Assembly (NCBI GenBank): GCA_030390025.1
Contig: CM059432.1
Span: 10,416,001 to 10,480,000 of the forward strand
Origin: Squalus acanthias
Taxonomy: Eukaryota
Direction: 5' to 3'
DNA length: 64,000 nucleotides
In this document: positions 58,608 to 64,000 of the stretch, one piece after another
Numbering within the stretch: position 1 is the first letter of the stretch
Layout of the letters: each line of letters starts with the position of its first letter
Position numbers and translations under genes: made by a program
Notes under the pieces: generated by a model
The model's input: the letters and a program-made list of their open reading frames with translations, nothing else
The model's database searches: none
What the model was told of the DNA's origin: nothing

Positions 58608-61600
58608 TCTAGACTCTCCAGCCAGGGGAAACATCCTCCCAGCAACTACCCTGTCAAGCCCCTTAAGAATGTTGTATATTTCAATGAGATCACCTCTCAT
58701 TCTTCTAAACTCTGGGGAATATAGGCCTAGTCTACTCAATCTCTCCTCATAGGGCAATTCCCTCATCTCAGGATCCAGTCTAGTGAACCTTCACTGCACT
58801 CCCTCTAAGGCAAGTATGTCTTTCCTTAGGTGAGGAGACCAGAACTGTGCACAGTACTCCAAGTGTGGCCTCACCAATGCCCTGTATAATTGTAGTAGGA
58901 CTTCTTTACTCTTGTACTCTAATCCCTTTGTAACAAAAGCTAACATACCATTTGCTTTCCTAATTGCTTGCTGTACCTGCATGTTAACTTTCTGTGATTC
59001 ATGTACAAGGTCCCTCTGAATGTAAACATTTCCCAGTCTCTCACCATTCAAAAAATATTCTGCTTTTTTTGTTTTTCCTACTAAAGTGGATAACTTCACA
59101 TTTCACCACATTATATTCCATTTGCCATGTTCTTGTCCACTCAGTCAACCTGTCTATATCTCTCTGCAGCCTCTTTGCGTCCTCCTCACAGCTTACTTTC
59201 CCACCTAACTTTGTATCGTCAGCAAACTTGGATACGTTACACTCAGCCCCTTCATCTAAGTCATTAATATAGATCGTAAATAGCTGAGGCCCAAGTACTG
59301 ATCCTTGCGGTACCCCACTAGTTACAGCCTGCCAACCCAAAAAAGTCCCGTTTATTCATACTCTCTGTTTTCTGTCCATTAACCAATCCTCAATCCATGC
59401 TAATATATTACGCCCAATACCAAGGGGTCCAATTTTATGTAATAACCTCTTGTGTGGCACCTTATCGAATGCTTTTTGAATATCCAAATACACTACATCC
59501 ACTGGTTCCCCCTTATCCATCCTACTAGTTACATCTTCAAAAACTCTAACAGATTTGTCAAACACAATTTCCCTTTCATAAAAGCATGTTGACTCTGCCT
59601 AATCAGATTATGATTTTCTAAGTGCCCTGTTACCACGTCCCTAATAGTAGATTCTAGCATTTTGCCTGCTACTGATGCCAGGCTAACTGGCCTATAGTTC
59701 CCTGTTTTTTCTCTTCCTCCTTTCTTAAAGAGCGGGGTTATGTTTCTTACCTTCCAATCCTTGGGGACTGTTCTAGAATCTAGGGAATTCTGGAAGTTTA
59801 ATACCAGTGCATCCACTATCTCTGCAGCTACCTCTTTTAAAACCAAAGGATGCAGGTCGTCAGGTCCAGGGGATTTGTCGCCACTTAGTGCCATTAATTT
59901 CTCCAGTACTATGTCTTTACTTATACTGATTTTTCTAAGTTCCTCGTTCTCTCTAGACCCTTGGTTCCCCATTATTTCTGGAATGTTTTTTGTGTCTTCT
60001 ACTGTGAAGACAGATACAAAGTATTTGTTTAATGTCTCTGCCATTTTCTTATTGCCCATTATAATTTCTCCTGTCTCTGCCTCTAATGGGCCCATGTTTA
60101 CTTTCACTAATCTCTTCCTATTTACATACCTATAGAAACATTTACAATCTGTTTTTACATCTCCTGCTAATTTACTTTCATATTCTTTTTTCTCTTTACT
60201 TATCAATTTCTTGGTCCTCCTTTGCTGAATTCTAAAATCCTCCCAATCCTCAGACTTACTAACCTTTTTGGCAACATTATAAGCCTCGTCCTTTGATCTA
60301 ATACTATCTTTAACTTCTTTTGTTAGCCACAGTTGGACCACTTTTCCTGTGGGTTTTTTGTGCCTTAAAGGAATGTATATTTGTTGTAAATTATGTATTA
60401 ATTCTTTAAATGCTGGCCATTGCTTGTCTACCATCATACCTTTTAATGTAGTTTCCCAATCTACCTTAGCCAACTCGCCCCTTATACCTACATAGTTTGC
60501 TTTGTTTAGATTGAAGACCCTAGTTTTGGATTTAACTAAATCACTTTCAAACTCAATATAAAATTCTATCATATTATGGTCACTCTTCCCTAAAGGCCCC
60601 TTTACTACAAGGTTATTAATTAACCCTTTCTCATTGCACAATACTAGATCTAAAATAGCCTGTTCCCTAGTTGGTTCCTCAACATACTGATCTAGAAAAT
60701 TATCTTGTATACATTCCATGAATTCGTCCTCCACACTATTACTGCAAACTTGGTTTGCCCAGTCTATATGTAGATTAAAGTCCCCTATGATTATTGTATT
60801 ACCCTTGTTACATGCGCCTCTAATTTCCTGATTTATACTCTGCCCTGCATTACAACTACTGTTTGGGGGCCTATAAACAACTCCCACCAATATTTTCTGC
60901 CTGTTGCTGTTTCTTAGCTCCACCCAAACTGATTCTACTTCTTGATTTTCGGAGCTAAGATCCTTTCTCTCTATTGTCTTTATCCCATCCTTTATTATCA
61001 GGGCTACCCCTCCTCCTTTTCCATTTTGTCTATCTCTTCTAAAAGTTAAGTATCCTGGAATATTTAGTTCCCAACCTTGGTCACTTTGCAACCACGTCTC
61101 CGTAATGGCTATTAGATCAAACCTGTTCATTTCTATCTGCGCTATTAATTCTACTATTTTGTTGCGAATGCTTCGCGCATTCAGATATAGTGCCCTTAGC
61201 TTTGACTTATTTCTATTTTTCCCTGATGTCACCTTAGTCACTGATGCCCTATTACCTTTGTTACTCTCTCCGTCCCTTCCTGACCCACTCGGCTTATTTT
61301 TACCCCAAACTCTGCTCTGCTCTAGAGCCTTGACATTTCTCGCGCTGCTTTTAAATTTACTATTTCCTGAATCCTCCCACCCCCCCTTCACTTTGCGTCA
61401 CTGATCTATCAATAGTGGTCTTCCAGCAGGAGATTTGTTCACAGGTCCATCATCATTGTCTCAGTGCCAGAAAAATAATATTCTGTCCGACCACAAGGTG
61501 TCACCGAGTTTCTTATTTCAAATATTGTCATTCACGTGGGAAGCCCACTCATGCTTTGCCCCTGCAACGAGTAGGAAATGAGAGCTTGGAACATTTCAGG

Positions 61601-61739
61601 GGCGCCGCGGTCGATTTTCGTCCCCTATTTTCAGCCGGGAATGGGGTGGTAGTGCTATGAAAATCGGGGAGCAGAATTTACCGCCCACTTCCGATCGACC
61701 CACCCACCCCCCAGTGCTGACGAGAGGGGGTGAAAAGAA

Positions 61740-62045
61740 AAGAAAGAGTTGCATTTATATAGCGCCTTTCACGACCACTGGATGTCCCAAAGCTCTTTCC
61801 AACCAATTAAGTACTTTTTAAAGTGGAGTCACTGTTGTAATGTCGGAAACGTGGCAGCCAATTTGCGCACAGCAAGCTCCCACAAACAGCAATGCGATAA
61901 TGACCAAATAATCTGTTTTTGTTATGTTGATTGAGGGATAAATATTGGCCCCGGGACACCGGGGAGAACTCCCCTGCTTTTCTTCAAAATAGTGCCTTGG
62001 GAGTTTTAACATTCTCCTGAGAGAGCAGACGGGGCCTCAGTTTAG
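61740..62045 (-). mobile_element. Deu-domain SINE 3' part, cut off by the minisatellite
   Basis: Colinear with 30082-30385. Confidence 0.85.
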
Positions 62046-63737
62046 GTATCACAGGGGGACACAGGGTATCACAGAGATCACAGGGGGTCACAGGGAATCA
62101 CAGGGTGTCACAGGAGGGTCACAGGGGCCACAGGGAGTCACAGGGGGTCACAGGGAATCACAGGGAATCACAGGGGTCACAGGGAATCACAGGGGGTCAC
62201 AGGGTATCACAGGGAATCACAGGGGTCACAGGGAATCACAGGGAATCACAGGGGTCACAGGGAATCACAGGGTGTCACAGGAGGGTCACAGGGGCCACAG
62301 GGAGTCACAGGGAATCACAGGGAATCACAGGGGTCACAGGGAATCACAGGGTGTCACAGGAGGGTCACAGGGGCCACAGGGAGTCACAGGGAATCACAGG
62401 GAATCACAGGGGTCACAGGGAATCACAGGGGGTCACAGGGTATCACAGGGAATCACAGGGGTCACAGGGAATCACAGGGGGCCACAGGGAGTCACAGGGG
62501 ATCACAGGGGGGTCACAGGGGGTCACAGGGAATCACAGGGAATCACAGGGGTCACAGGGGGGTCACAGGGGGTCACAGGGAATCACAGGGAATCACAGGG
62601 GTCACAGGGAATCACAGGGTGTCACAGGAGGGTCACAGGGGCCACAGGGAGTCACAGGGAATCACAGGGAATCACAGGGAATCACAGGGTGTCACAGGAG
62701 GGTCACAGGGGCCACAGGGAGTCACAGGGAATCACAGGGAATCACAGGGGTCACAGGGAATCACAGGGGGTCACAGGGTATCACAGGGAATCACAGGGGT
62801 CACAGGGAATCACAGGGGGCCACAGGGAGTCACAGGGGATCACAGGGGGGTCACAGGGGGTCACAGGGAATCACAGGGAATCACAGGGGTCACAGGGGGG
62901 TCACAGGGGGTCACAGGGTATCACAGGGAATCACAGGGGTCACAGGGAATCACAGGGAATCACAGGGGTCACAGGGAATCACAGGGTGTCACAGGAGGGT
63001 CACAGGGGCCACAGGGAGTCACAGGGAATCACAGGGAATCACAGGGGTCACAGGGAATCACAGGGTGTCACAGGAGGGTCACAGGGGCCACAGGGAGTCA
63101 CAGGGAATCACAGGGAATCACAGGGGTCACAGGGAATCACAGGGGGTCACAGGGTATCACAGGGAATCACAGGGGTCACAGGGAATCACAGGGGGCCACA
63201 GGGAGTCACAGGGGATCACAGGGGGGTCACAGGGGGTCACAGGGAATCACAGGGAATCACAGGGGTCACAGGGGGGTCACAGGGGGTCACAGGGTATCAC
63301 AGGGAATCACAGGGGTCACAGGGAATCACAGGGGGTCACAGGGTATCACAGGGAATCACAGGGGTCACAGGGAATCACAGGGGGCCACAGGGAGTCACAG
63401 GGGATCACAGGGGGGTCACAGGGGGTCACAGGGAATCACAGGGGTCACAGGGAATCACAGGGGGGCCACAGGGAGTCACAGGGGGTCACAGGGAATCACA
63501 GGGGGTCACAGGGTATCACAGGGAATCACAGGGAATCACAGGGGGGTCACAGTGGCCACAGGGAGTAACAGGGGGTCACAGGGGTCACAGGGTATTACAG
63601 GAGGTCACAGGGAATCACAGGGGGTCACAGGGTATCACAGGGGGTCATAAGGAATCACAGGGGGGTCACAGGGAGTCACAGGCTATCACAGGGGGTCACA
63701 GGGGTCACGGGGGGTCACAGGGTATCACAGGGAGTCA
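62046..63737. repeat. Minisatellite of 9-11 bp units (TCACAGGGAA / TCACAGGGG variants) with higher-order duplication
   Basis: Direct inspection. Confidence 0.97.
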
Positions 63738-64000
63738 AAGCTAGCGGCCCTTGAAGTATCAGCTTTTCCTGCCATGCCTTCAGGTTGCTTGCCGCCAAAG
63801 TGCGCCTCCCCTTTAAGAGTTGCGGGTTGCCTTTAAATAGCAGCAGGAATGCCGGAAACTGAAATTAGGCGAGCTGCCAATCAACAGCGGGACTAATGCT
63901 GGCAGCCTTCCTATTTAAACATAATGAGCCACCCCACCTGACCTATTTAACAGCCTTGTCCCGCTCACGTGATGAACGACATGCTGCCGTCGTCGTGGCG

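Larger units (their letters stand above)
58075..61391 (-). mobile_element. CR1 LINE with nearly complete but frameshifted ORF2, lacking ORF1
   Basis: 620-aa ORF with LYLNARS, ITETW, GDFN, SDHN, then broken RT pieces (FADD); (TTCTTATG)n tail. Confidence 0.95.

Noticed and set aside
62046..63737. CRISPR-like array
   Set aside because: Eukaryotic context, no unique spacers, no cas genes
62105..63744. Three long Gly/His/Arg-rich ORFs, superficially collagen-like
   Set aside because: Minisatellite open in all three frames; no Gly-X-Y register or splice context

Overview
Repeat-dominated vertebrate genomic DNA. The repeat families (CR1 LINEs, Deu-domain SINEs, Penelope-like elements, PIF/Harbinger transposons) point to a shark or other cartilaginous fish; this is inferred, not proven. 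No host protein-coding gene can be identified with confidence. Main content: (1) a near full-length CR1 on the minus strand (about 39750-44405) with intact ORF1 (zinc finger + SGNH esterase) and ORF2 (APE endonuclease + RT). Its ORF2 has no AUG until the end of the endonuclease domain and overlaps ORF1 in the -1 frame at a U_UUA_AAC slippery heptamer. (2) A ~98% identical, 5'-truncated sister copy in inverted orientation (25440-28265) and many older CR1 fragments. (3) A decayed ~4 kb Harbinger element (DDE transposase + spliced Myb/SANT gene), with related MITEs and Myb remnants. (4) Two families of Penelope-like elements carrying minimal type I hammerhead ribozyme motifs, including two ~210 bp fold-back insertions with target-site duplications. 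(5) SINEs, L2-group fragments, four tandem-repeat tracts, a CpG-island promoter-like segment near 50.4-50.8 kb and a few weak candidate exons and splice sites. Family names come from motif recognition by eye; no database search was run, and most repeat boundaries are approximate.
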